DNA of 64,000 bases, from NCBI RefSeq assembly GCF_030028105.1, contig NC_092384.1:34913553-34977552 (forward strand), given 5' to 3'. The notes beneath the pieces were generated by a model. The model saw only the letters and a program-made list of their open reading frames with translations. It searched no databases and was not told the origin of the DNA. Origin of the DNA: Mobula birostris. Its lineage: Eukaryota. Below are positions 12,548 through 22,990 of the stretch, one piece after another; the stretch's first letter is position 1; each line of letters starts with the position of its first letter. A program made the translations under genes and the position numbers.

Positions 12548-13100
12548 GTTAAGAACATAAAAATAGAAATAGGAGGAGGCTATTTGTCCTTTTGGACACA
12601 CTCCACCTCTCAATAATATCAGCACTGATGGAGTGGTCAACATCATTTTCCTGCACTAACCCCATGCCCATAATATCCAAAAGTCTATTGGTCCCTGTCT
12701 TGCATATATCTAGCATCCTTATTTTGTATCTATTGTCAAGGCCTGTTAGAAATCAATGTGCTTCCAGGAGATCACTTCTCACTATCCTTGGATCTTGAGA
12801 GCAGAAGCACAAGTTGCTTAATCTCTTCCCATTAAACAACTGCCCACCCCAGGAATCAACCTGGTGAGCTTTGGAATGGTCTCTGTGTTGCAAATATATC
12901 CTTCTATCAGTAGAGTGACCACATCTGTATATGCACCAGAAACAGTACTAGCAATGCTCGATACAACAACTGAATGGCATCTTTACTCTTATACCACTAT
13001 CATTTTAATTTCTCGCTTAACCTCTGCATTAACTTACAGTGATGCCCTTTGAATATGAATGCCTTTCAATTCTTGCGATTTAATAATATTCTGGTGTTCT
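12548..13100 (-). mobile_element. Old CR1 3' fragment
   Basis: taagaacataaaaatagaaataggaggaggc tail and degenerate 3' region. Confidence 0.5.
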
Positions 13101-13784
13101 ACTTAAACTTTGTGGCCAATTTATTAGCTACCTCTTGTACCTAATAATGTGGAAACTGAGTATATGTTCATGGTCTTCTGCTGCTGTAGTCCATCCCCTT
13201 CTAGGCTCGATATGCTGTGTATTCACAGATACTCTTCTGCACACCACTGTTAGACTAATGGTTATTTGAATTACTGTTGTCTTCCTATCAGCTTGAGTGT
13301 GTCTCGACATTCTTCGCTGACCTCTCTCATTAAGGCAGCATTTTCACCCACAGAACAGCTGCCATTGGATGCATGGTTTTGTTTTTTCACACCATTCTTT
13401 TTAAACTCTACAGACTGTTGTGCATGGAAGTCCCAGGAGATTAGCAGTTTCTGAGATAATCAAACCACCCCGTTTGGCACCAACAATCATTCCACGGTCA
13501 AAGTCAATTAGATCACATTTCTCCCCCATTCTCATGTTTAGGCTAATCAACAACTAAACCTCTTAACTGTGTCTGCATGCTTTTATACATTGAGTTGCTG
13601 CCATGCGATTGGCTGATTAGCTATTTAGAAGATTACGGCGAGGTTTGGTTGCCTTGGCAGATTCATCACCATGGTCAAACAGTTTCATGACGGGATGTCA
13701 GCCCATGAGTTCGATGATGGTGACTGTTCTGTTGCTTTCTCAGTCACAAATGGGGTCAAGCAGTGATGTGTGCTGGTGAGCACA

Positions 13785-14294
13785 GAACGTAGAACATAGA
13801 AGTCTACAGCACATTACAGGCCCTTTGCCCACAATGCTGTGCCAACCATGTAACCTACTCTAAAAACTGCCTAGGGTCTCCCTACTGCATAGCCCTCGAT
13901 TTTGGTAAGCTCCATATACCTATCTAAGAGTCTCCTAAAAGACCCTATCGTATCCTTCGCTGGCAGTGCATTCCACACACCCACCACTCTTTGTGTGAAA
14001 AACTTACCTCTGACATCCCCCCTGTACCTACTTCCAAGCACCTTAAAACTATGCCCCCTCATGTTAGCCCTGAGAAAAAGCCTCTGGCTACACCCATGAT
14101 CAATGCCTCTCATCATCTTATACACCTCTATCAGGTCACTCTCAACCACTGTCACTCCAAGGAGAAAAGGTCAAGTTCACTCAACCTATTCTCAGAAGAC
14201 ATGCTTTCCAATCCAGACAACAGCCTTGTAAATCTCCTCTGCACTCTCTCTATAGTATCCACATCCTTCCTGTAGTGAGGTGACCAGAACTGAA
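13785..14294 (-). mobile_element. CR1 3' fragment nested in RTE
   Basis: ORF 13871-14155 (DLIEVYKMMRG...FFTQRVVGVWNALP); tagaacatagaa tail. Confidence 0.9.
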
Positions 14295-14340
14295 TCCACC
14301 TACTTCAGCATGATGTTCAGTGCGTTGACTGAAGCACTCT

Positions 14341-14463
14341 GGGGCAGCGACCCTGGAATCCACGACAAATACAGGTGAATGGCAAGCTGTTCAACACACG
14401 CAGGGGCAGCGATCCGGTTAACACGACAAATACAGGTGAATGGCAAGCTGATCAACACACGCA
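14341..14463 (+). repeat. ~62-bp tandem duplication inside RTE
   Basis: ggggcagcga...cacgacaaatacaggtgaatggcaagctg.tcaacacacgca occurs twice (14341-14402, 14403-14463). Confidence 0.9.
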
Positions 14464-15246
14464 GGCTTCAAAACTTTACTAAGGTCAAAGAGACGATGCT
14501 GAGAGATGTCCTATTCGCTGACGAATATAAGCTCTGAGTTCGACATGCAGGACACCTTTGACAAATTTTCCACTGCATGTGACAATATCAGTCTCACCAT
14601 CAGTACCACGAAGGTGGAGGTCATGCACAAAGCAGCCCCAGATCAACCCGATGTGGAGCCATCCATCTCGGTTAACAGACAGCAACTCCAGACAGTCCAC
14701 AAGTTCACATACCTCGGCAGGACCCTCTCAAGAGCAGTTTACATTGGCGATGAGGCCAGCTGCAGGATCACCAAGACTAGTGCTAATTTTGGGAGACTAC
14801 GTGACACTGTCTAGGGGAAAAGGCATACTACTCTGAAGACCAAGCTGAATATCTACCGTGCTGTCATCCTACCCACCTTCCTCTACGCATGTGGACTGTG
14901 TACATGAAACATAACCTAGACTGAACCATTTTCACTTGTCATGCCTACGAAAGATCATGAAAATCAATTGCAAGACAGAATTCCTGTCAAGGAGGTGCTG
15001 TCTGCAGCAGACATGCCCACCACCCACACATTGCTGACAAAACATCAAATCTGATGGGCAAGCCATGTTGTCAGGATATCAGGCAATCGTATCCCCAAGC
15101 AGTTGTTCTTCAGGGAAGTACCTTCGTGGTGGTCAGCAAAAACAAGTCAAGGACCAGCTCAAGACTTCACTTAAGGCCCTCGAGATCAATCACACTTCTT
15201 GGGAACATGTCGCCTTCTCAATAAAGGTGTCACCAAAGCTGAAAAG

Positions 15247-15835
15247 GTTGTCAAGCTGAGGAGTGGTAGTAGGGACAAGCTCCCACTACCTAAAAGTGCT
15301 CCTCATGGCATGCGCCTCAAATAGCCTCTGACAACCAAGTCCAACTCCTGGCCTTCTCGTGTGGCTTAGCCTCTAAGCCCAGCGGAACTGTTTCTACTGA
15401 CAGGAGAAGGGGTGAAGGCGGGTCCTGGTGCCTTAAAACCAGTGCTTCGGGTAGATGGAGCTCATCAGCCTGGGAAGGCAGTCCATCTAAGAGAGGGAAA
15501 ACTCTGATTTCAAACCTCTGCTGCCTTGTGGCCATACCCACTTATGGGAAAGGGTTCAGGAGTAAACCCTGAGGACAAATCCAGAGCTGAAGTCCCTAAG
15601 GTAGTCCAACGTTGTCTTCAGCCTCACTCTGGCAACTCCTGTGACGTCACTGGTGCCAAGCTGTATCAGCTCTTGCCCTTCCCTTGGACAGCATTGGTGG
15701 CGTGGAGAGTGGAGACTTGCTGCTTGGGCAACTGCCGGTCTTCCATACAACCTTGCCCAGGCCTGTGCCCTGGACAGACTGAAGCAAGTCTTTCCAGGCA
15801 CAGATCCGTGGTCTTGCGAAACTAACAGTTGCCAT
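15247..15835 (+). mobile_element. Non-autonomous retroposon (RTE 5'UTR-like) with 14-bp TSD
   Basis: TSD ccaaagctgaaaag at 15233-15246 and 15836-15849; RTE reading frame resumes afterwards. Confidence 0.7.
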
Positions 15836-17961
15836 CCAAAGCTGAAAAGAATTGCAATGCTGAAACAAAAAGGAAACGACAACAGTGGAAAGAATGAGCA
15901 GCAGACACCTCGACCACAGAACCTTCACGCACTTGCCCCATGTGTGGGAGGTACTTCCTGGCATGGACTGGACTCATCCATCACCTCCGGACACACAAAT
16001 AACAAACACACCTGCTCAGGGATGTCAGTGGTTCTCATCGCTCGCGATGGATGTGCACACACTTTTGAATTAATGAGCAAGCGTACAGGCGTACCTAATA
16101 AAGTGGCCACTGAATGTATTCTGCAAAGTGGAAGTCTGCTTGCCCAGATAAAGTGTTCAATACTTTGAAATGTCAAATACAGTAAGCACAAGCTTTCGTT
16201 CTTTGACCTCCATGCATCTGAAGTGTTAATACATGAAGGAACTGGAAATGTGCAGTGGTCAAATATCATATCCCTGGACAGAACTTCTGTAATTTTTGGG
16301 AAAGAGTGAACGGCTGCTCTGTCTGAGGTCAGCCTTCACCATTTTTCTGATACTTGCCTTGCTCTTATTTAAAGGGGACTTGCCTCAACCAAGCTGACAC
16401 TGGGAACTTGACTCAGTGGGTGCATTTAAAGTGGTTTACATATTTGGCTCCCACTTTGAGACCCCTGACCCTGTCTTACTGGGCACCTCCCACTTCTTCA
16501 GTAACACTCTACTCCACCAGCTAGTTGGCCCACTCAGCCACCGAGGACCCTTCCCAAAAATCTGACTAATAGTCAGAAGATCACACTTCTACTGCCATTC
16601 TAAACTGGCCATTGATTGTACCCTCCTCAATGACTAATTGCCTGGTGCAAATACTGAATGTAATGCCTGACTGCTCTTCATGCCTTTAACCAGTTATTGC
16701 TTTCCATGAACAATTGAACCTGCCCTCATGCTCTTTGCATCTAACTATAGGGTTACCAACGGCAATCTAATCTCAACCTTCCCGCCCAACCCCCAAACAC
16801 ATGGCTGAAATCCAGTTCAAAACCTGACCCCTCTGTGCCAGTCGGTCAATTCTGAATCTCCACCCTTGGGTCCCTTATTCCCCATTTTAGACAGAATTCC
16901 CCACTGTTACCTGAAGTTACCTGTAATGGTGGAGGCCACAATTCAGGAGTGCTTGATTCACTTGTTCGGAAATTCCCACCTATTCAAATGATATCTTCTG
17001 GTGCATACTGTTGCTCAGAGTGCTCGTAAGATGTAAAATACGACTGAAATAGTCTGTTGTCTTCTGGTGATGTAATTTATTAAATTGTTGATTGTCTCTT
17101 TAACCTGCTGGTATTGAAAAAATGACTGGTTCCCAACACAGTTTTGAAGATCCTCAGAGTTAATTTTGGGATTTCAACTGGATGTAAGCATCAAAAACTG
17201 ATTATATGGAAATTTAAAATAACAAACAGTCATGAAAACCATGAAAAATAAACACCAATAATGAGTTCATAAATCAAAGTACTTTTGACAGGGAAGCTTT
17301 AAACAGTCTATCACTCGTACTTGATTACAGAAAGAGAGTATTAAAGATGTACTTTAAGTACATGGATTAGCAAAGCTTTACTAGATCAGGTCCTTGCCTC
17401 AACTTCTTTAACTTGAATTATTTTGTTCAGCTGCCTATCTAAATTCCTTTGACAGGGTAAATTAAGGATAATATTAAATCAAAGGAAGAAGCTTATAAAG
17501 TTGTCAAAAATAGCACTGAGCATGAAGGTGGAGAGTAATTTAGTATTCAGCATAGGAAGACCAAGGAATTGGTAAAGAAGAGCAGGACAGAATGAAAGTG
17601 AACTGCAAGAAATATAAAAATAGACAATAGCAGCAACTATTGGTATATGAGGAGGAAAAGATTAATGTAGTTCCCTCATAGACAGAGATAGTGGAAATGT
17701 TAATGGGGAGTAAAGAAATGGCATATGGAAATGCTCTATATCAACAGCTGTGTGACTCAGTGTAGCTCCGAAGCATCTACAAATTTGCTGATGACCCCAT
17801 TGTAGTTGGCATAATCGTGGATAGTGACAAGGAGATAGGTTAGCTATTTGAGTGGTGTCCTGTCAGCAAATTTGAGCCCAATGTTGTTATGTTTTGTAAC
17901 TTCAAAACTTTAAAATAGTACAAAGGAAAACAAGAGAACCAAGAGACGCAAGTCTAACTTC

Positions 17962-19024
17962 TTGCATCTAACCTTTTCAGAATGGCAGGCAGTGACTAGT
18001 GGGGTACCGCAAGGCTCAGTGCTGGGACCCCAGTTGTTTACAGTATATATTAATGACTTAGATGACAGAATTAAATGCAGCATCTCCAAGTTTGCGAATG
18101 ACAGGAAGCTAGGTGGCAGTGTTAGCTGTGAGGAGAATGGTAAGAGGATGCAGGGTGACTTGGATAGGTTAGGTGAGTGGGCAAATTCATGGCAGATGCA
18201 ATTTAATGTGGATAAATGTGAGGTTATCCACTTTGGTGGCAAGAACAGGAAAACAGATTATTATCTGAATGGTGGCCAATTAGAAAAAGGGGAGGTGCAA
18301 CGAGACCTGGGTGTCACTGTACATCAGTCATTGAAAGTGGGCATGCAGGTACAGCAGGCGGTGAAAAAAGCGAATGGTATGCTGGCATTCATAGCAAGAG
18401 GATTCGAGTACAGGAGCAGGGAGATACTACTGCAGTTGTACAAGGCCTTGGTGAGACCACACCTAGAGTATTGTGTGCAGTTTTGGTCCCCTAATCTGAG
18501 GAAAGACATTCTTGCCATAGAGGGAGTACAAAGAAGATTCACCAGATTGATTGCTGGGATGGCAGGACTTTCATATGATGAAAGACTGGATCGGCTAGGC
18601 TTATACTCACTGGAATTTAGAAGATTCAGGGGGGATCTTATTGAAACGTATAAAATTCTAAAGGGATTGGACAGGCTAGATGCAGGAAGATTGTTCCCAA
18701 TGTTGGGGAAGTCCAGAATGAGGGATCACAGTTTGAGGATAAAGGGGAAGCCTTTTAGGACCGAGATTAGGAAGAACTTTCTTCACACAGAGAGTGGTGA
18801 ATCTGTGGAATTCTCTGCCACAGGAAACAGTTGAGGCCAGTACATTGGCTATATTTAAGAGGGGGTTAGATATGGCCCTTGTGGCTAAAGGGATCAAGGG
18901 GTATGGAGAGAAGGCAGGTACAGGGTTCTGAGTTGGATGATCAGCCATAATCATACTGAATGGCAGTGCAGGCTCGAAGGGCCGAATGGCCTACTCCTGC
19001 ACCTATTTTCTATGTTTCTATGTT
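17962..19024 (+). mobile_element. Young 5'-truncated CR1 inserted into the 3' LTR; 290-aa RT C-terminal ORF (17962-18834)
   Basis: SGVPQGSVLGP...SKFAND (FADD mutated)...RPHLEYCVQFWSP; 3' tail tctatgtttctatgt. Confidence 0.95.
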
Positions 19025-19189
19025 TCATCTTTTACTTTAAGCGAGATGATCACATATCACGTGTTAGCATCATGACATATGCAGTTCACGTATTTGTACA
19101 TATAACCAATAATAAATTATTTAAAAGAACAAGAATGCTTAATCAACTGATATATACCCAAATATTACTGAAATATTAAATACACAACA

Positions 19190-19735
19190 CTCTTTTCTTC
19201 TCATTCCTTGTTCTTCTAATTTGTGCAGCTTGATTTTGGGAAGGTGCATTTAGTTCACTGGCGTATTCTCTTATTAATCCATCTATGGCTCCCGTTATGA
19301 TTTGATCTCTCCTCTTGGTTTCCTCATCCACAACATCATCTGAAGAATCCTCTGTCTCCATTGACTCCTTTATTTTTGGCTTTTCATTCATCCAGCAGGG
19401 CTTTTGACTCTGCATTTACTTTTTCAAACAGCTTTTTGTCTCCCACTTGAAGTTCATGCAATAATCTTAATGCATGCAGAGTAGATTCTGGTTCTTTATA
19501 CTCACAAAAGCTGAATGCTTGCAACTTTCCTGAAGTTCCTTGAACTCTCTTCCAGCTTAAAATCAAGCCACATTTCATAAGTAACTGCTTGATTAATATA
19601 TCAGAAGCTTTCTCAGATATGTTGCCTACAAAATCTGTTGTAGTTGGAGCACTGCTTTGATCACTTTCATGATCCCTCTGGGCAGCATGGTCCAATGTGC
19701 TTTCCAGCCAGAGGCAAAGAGGTTGGCACCAACAC
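19190..19735 (-). pseudogene. RBM25: Processed (intronless) fragment of RNA-binding motif protein 25, covering the RRM and flanks
   Basis: VLVPT..GKHIG / PTTTDFVGNISEKASDILIKQLLMKCGLILSWKRVQGTSGKLQAFSFCEYKEPESTLHALRLLHELQVGDKKL...LDE* / DEETKRRDQIITGAIDGLIREYASELNAPSQ closely match RBM25 as I recall it; W to TGA stop at 19384-19386 plus frameshifts. Confidence 0.93.
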
Positions 19736-19799
19736 CTGTTTGCCTTCTGTTGGCCTTCTGTTGGGATACAATTCATGGCATACAACATGGAGACATTAT

Positions 19800-21000
19800 G
19801 GCATCATCCTTTCTTAATTCACTTTCAGATGACTTTATTGCAGAGGACGTGGATGGAACTCCCATCAAGTTGTAGTTGTCTCAGCCAATCGCACCCCCAA
19901 AACCGTAGTCATCCTGTTTTTTATAAGCTCAATGTGGGTTTTTGGTTGCTGTATGTCACTGTTACAAATGTCATTCCCACAGAAATGATCTTTTCTCCCG
20001 TATAAGTTCTTAGTTAGATATCTGTAGGCTTCAGATATTTGATATCCTTTGAAATGTTTTCAAACTCATTTTATAGAATGACTGAAACAGCCAAGCCTGT
20101 GTCCAATTTCACTTTAATTAATTTGCTGTTCACTTCTGGTGAAAGCAAAACTACTTGTCTCTTGTTAGCTTTCACATTGTAAATCTCAAGCTACCCAGTC
20201 CTGTATCACTCTCATAATTATCAGATTTTTCATGAACAGTATGCAGATTAGTGCTCTTTATGAAACTGCAACTTGACGTTTTACCTTTTACTCTTCCCTG
20301 TACTCTCCATTTATTTTTGTTTGCCCAACATATTCTTTGTATGTATCCTACTTTGCTGCATTTTCTACGAGTTTCACCTTTAAATCTGCATTGACCTAGC
20401 GTATATGTCCCCCTGCCACAATTTGTTTGGCCGGACCAGTTTCTGTTTAAACATTGCGATTTTGTTCAGGCTCACTTTCATTCCTGACTGCAGTTCAATT
20501 CTGTCTCTGGTTGCTGTTTCCATTGATACAGCTATTTCAATGGGTTTTTAAATGTTCTGCTTCACTTATGGGCCATTTTTGAATGTATTCTTGTGAGATT
20601 CCACAAACTAAACAATTTCTCCCTGTGTCATTAAGCCCATTACTGAACTGACAATGGTCAAACGATCTCTTCAATTCAGCCACGTATGCTGAAATGGATT
20701 CCCCTTCCTTTCAGTTCCACTTATGAAACCTAAAGCATTCTGCAATCAATAATGGTTTCAGAATTACTGTCATGACGTCAGCAAAGCTCATTTTGACAGG
20801 TTTGGTTGGAGCAGTTAAATGTCAGAAATAACTGTATACCTTTAAACCCAATGCACTCAGCAACACTGTTACCTGTTTCTCATTGGCTATTCTGTTTGCT
20901 TCAAAATACTGTGTGATTTATATATATATATATATTATACATGAGCCAGTTAACCCTTGAGCAAATGAATGCATCTATCTTTCCATTGTAGCCTGCCACT
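19800..21000 (-). pseudogene. gag and aspartic protease remnants of the LTR element
   Basis: AGYNGKIDAF N-terminus (ORF 20901-21125); FRFHKWN..GESISAYVAELKRS; CRFKGE..KCSKVG zinc-knuckle remnant; LIKVKLDTGLAVSVI protease motif at ~20078-20135. Confidence 0.8.
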
Positions 21001-21520
21001 TCTGCTCCTTTTTTAATGATTTTTATCAATCGGTACTCACTATTTATGAACCCATGAATTCTTCTGCTTGCTGCCTTTTTTTTAAACTCAATTGTGTCTT
21101 CCCCTCTAAAGAACACGTGCTGCACTGCTATTTTTAACTAGAATGTTTCGCTGTGTTTCCACATATAGATAGTCGGCTTTGGTTCATTTTAAAAATACTT
21201 TGATATCACTGTTATGTTCTGCAGCTCCAAAACATTAAACGAATTCAATGAAAAACAACAGAGCTGAGAATGTGAGTCTAACTTCATTTATTTACTCTTA
21301 GCGAAGCGTGCACATACAAACGTATATATACAAGATTACTTGAATATTACTGAAATAATAAATACACAACAAATGTCAGCGAAACCAAAGATCTGATGGT
21401 GGGCTTTAGGAAAAGCTAGTTAGGCAAAAAAGACGCATGTCCTCATTGAAGAATGTGTGGTCGAGGAAATAAGTGGCTTTAAATTAATACTTCCATACTG
21501 CTAACACAAGATGCAACCAT

Positions 21521-22848
21521 GAATCAGAATCAGATTTATTATCACCGGCATGTGACGTGAATTTCGTTAAATTAGCAGTATCAGTTCAATGCAATACATA
21601 ATCTAGCAGAGAGAGAAAAAACTAATGATAATAAATAAAATAAAACATAATAATAAATAAACAAGTAAATCAATTACGTATATTGAATAGATTTTTTTTA
21701 CAAGTGCAAAAACAGAAATACTGTATATTAAAAAAAGTGAGGTAGTGTCCAAAGTTTCAATATCCATTTCGGTATTGGATGGCAGAGGGGAAAAAGCTGT
21801 TCTTGAATTGCTGAGTGTGTGCCTTCAGGCTTCTGTACCTCCTATCTGATGGTAACAGTGAGAAAAGGGCATGCCCTGGGAGCTGGAGATCCTTAATAAT
21901 GGATGCTGCCTTTCTGAGACACCACTCCCTAAAGATGTCCTGGGTACTTTGTGGGCTAGTGCCCAAGATGGTGTTGACTAGAGTTACAACCTTCCTCAGT
22001 TTCTTTCGGTCCTGTGCAGTAGCACCTCCATACCAGACAGTGATGCAGCCTGTCAGAATACTCTCCACAGTACAACCATAGAAGTTTTTGAGTGTATTTG
22101 TTGACATGCCAAATCTCTTCAAACTCCTAATAAAGTATAGCCACTGTCTTGCCTTTCTTATGACTTCATCAATACGTTGGAACCAGGTTAGATCCTCAGA
22201 GACCGAGGAAATTGAAGCTGCTCACTCTCTCCACTCTGATCCCTCTATGAGGATTGGTATGTGTTCCTTCATTTTACCCTTCCTGAAGTCCACAATCAGC
22301 TCTTTCGTCTTACTGACGTTGAGTGCCAGGTTGTTGCTGTGGCACCATTCCACTAGTTGGCATATCTCACTCCTGTACGCCCTCTCCTCACAACCTGAGA
22401 TTCTACCAACAATGGTTGTATCAACAGCAAATTTGTAGATGGTATTTGAGCTGTGCCTAGCCACACAGTCATGTGTATACAGAGATTAGAGCAGTGAGCT
22501 AAGCACACACCCCTGAGGTGCGCCAGTGTTGATCATCAGCGAGGAGGATATATTATCACCAATTCGCAGAGACTGTGGTCTTCCGGTTAGGAAGTCGAGG
22601 ATCCAATTGCAGAGGGAGGTACAGAGGCCCAAGTTCTGCAACTTCTCAATTAGGATTGTGGGAATGATGGGATTAAAGGCTGAACTATAGTCAATGAACA
22701 GCATCCTGATGTAGGTGTTTGTGTTGTCTAGGTGGTCTAAAGCCGTGTGGAGAGCCACTGAGATTGTGTCTGCCTTTAACCAATTGTGGTGATAGGCCAA
22801 CTGCAATGGGTCCAGGTCCTTGCTAAGGCAGGAGTTCAGTCTAGTCAC
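21521..22848 (-). mobile_element. Rex1/Babar LINE, 5'-truncated
   Basis: ORFs 22486-22848 ([10 protein letters not shown]...GAPQGCVLS), 22222-22464 (KFAVDTT...LNVSKTKELIVDFRK), 21757-22122 (SFFPSAI); (gaatca)n tail. Confidence 0.9.
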
Positions 22849-22869
22849 AATTAAACCTGAACTTGAAAC

Positions 22870-22990
22870 GTAGAAAACCTACAGCACAATACAGGCCCTT
22901 CGGCCCACAAAGTTGTGCCGAACATGTCCCTACCTTAGCAATTACTAGGCTTACCCATAGCCCTCTATTTTTCTAAGCTCCATGTACCTA
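22870..22990 (-). mobile_element. Short CR1 3' end
   Basis: tagaaaacctacagcacaatacaggcccttcggcccac, similar to 13800-13920. Confidence 0.8.

Larger units (their letters stand above)
13627..16062 (+). mobile_element. RTE (BovB-like) LINE, 5'-truncated and decayed
   Basis: VKQFHDGM, VTNGVKQ*CVL, LFADE (for FADD), ORF 14506-14814 (LTISTTKVEVM...KFTYLG...FGRL), C-terminal CP.CGR zinc-finger remnant. Confidence 0.85.
13104..16118 (-). mobile_element. Tc1-family DNA transposon remnant, split by an RTE insertion (~13627-16062)
   Basis: Termini taaactttgtggccaatttattag / cctaataaagtggccactgaatgta; ORF 13128-13310 (QADRKTTVIQIT) is a Tc1 transposase N-terminal remnant; sequence resumes at gaattaatgagcaag after the RTE. 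Confidence 0.75.
17885..21371 (-). mobile_element. Non-autonomous Gypsy-type LTR element carrying an RBM25 retro-fragment
   Basis: 5' LTR 21210-21371; 3' LTR 17885-19189 (split by CR1); both bounded by tgttatg...aatacacaaca; TSD AATGT at 17880-17884 and 21372-21376; gag and protease remnants; no RT or integrase. Confidence 0.9.
17745..21520 (+). mobile_element. Old Rex1/Babar RT fragment split by the LTR element (halves 17745-17884 and 21372-21520)
   Basis: IYKFADD..VVG...EWC...NV | SETKDLMVGFRK; the Rex1 motif LNVSKTKELIVDFRK is restored when the LTR element is removed. Confidence 0.8.

Noticed and set aside
14341-14463. Possible CRISPR-like repeat
   Set aside because: Only two adjacent units, no spacers, inside a eukaryotic RTE; a simple tandem duplication.
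17962-18834. 290-aa ORF as a functional gene
   Set aside because: 5'-truncated CR1 RT with the catalytic FADD changed to FAND.
19384-19788. Functional RBM25 gene
   Set aside because: Partial, with a premature stop and frameshifts, no native start, and embedded in an LTR element.
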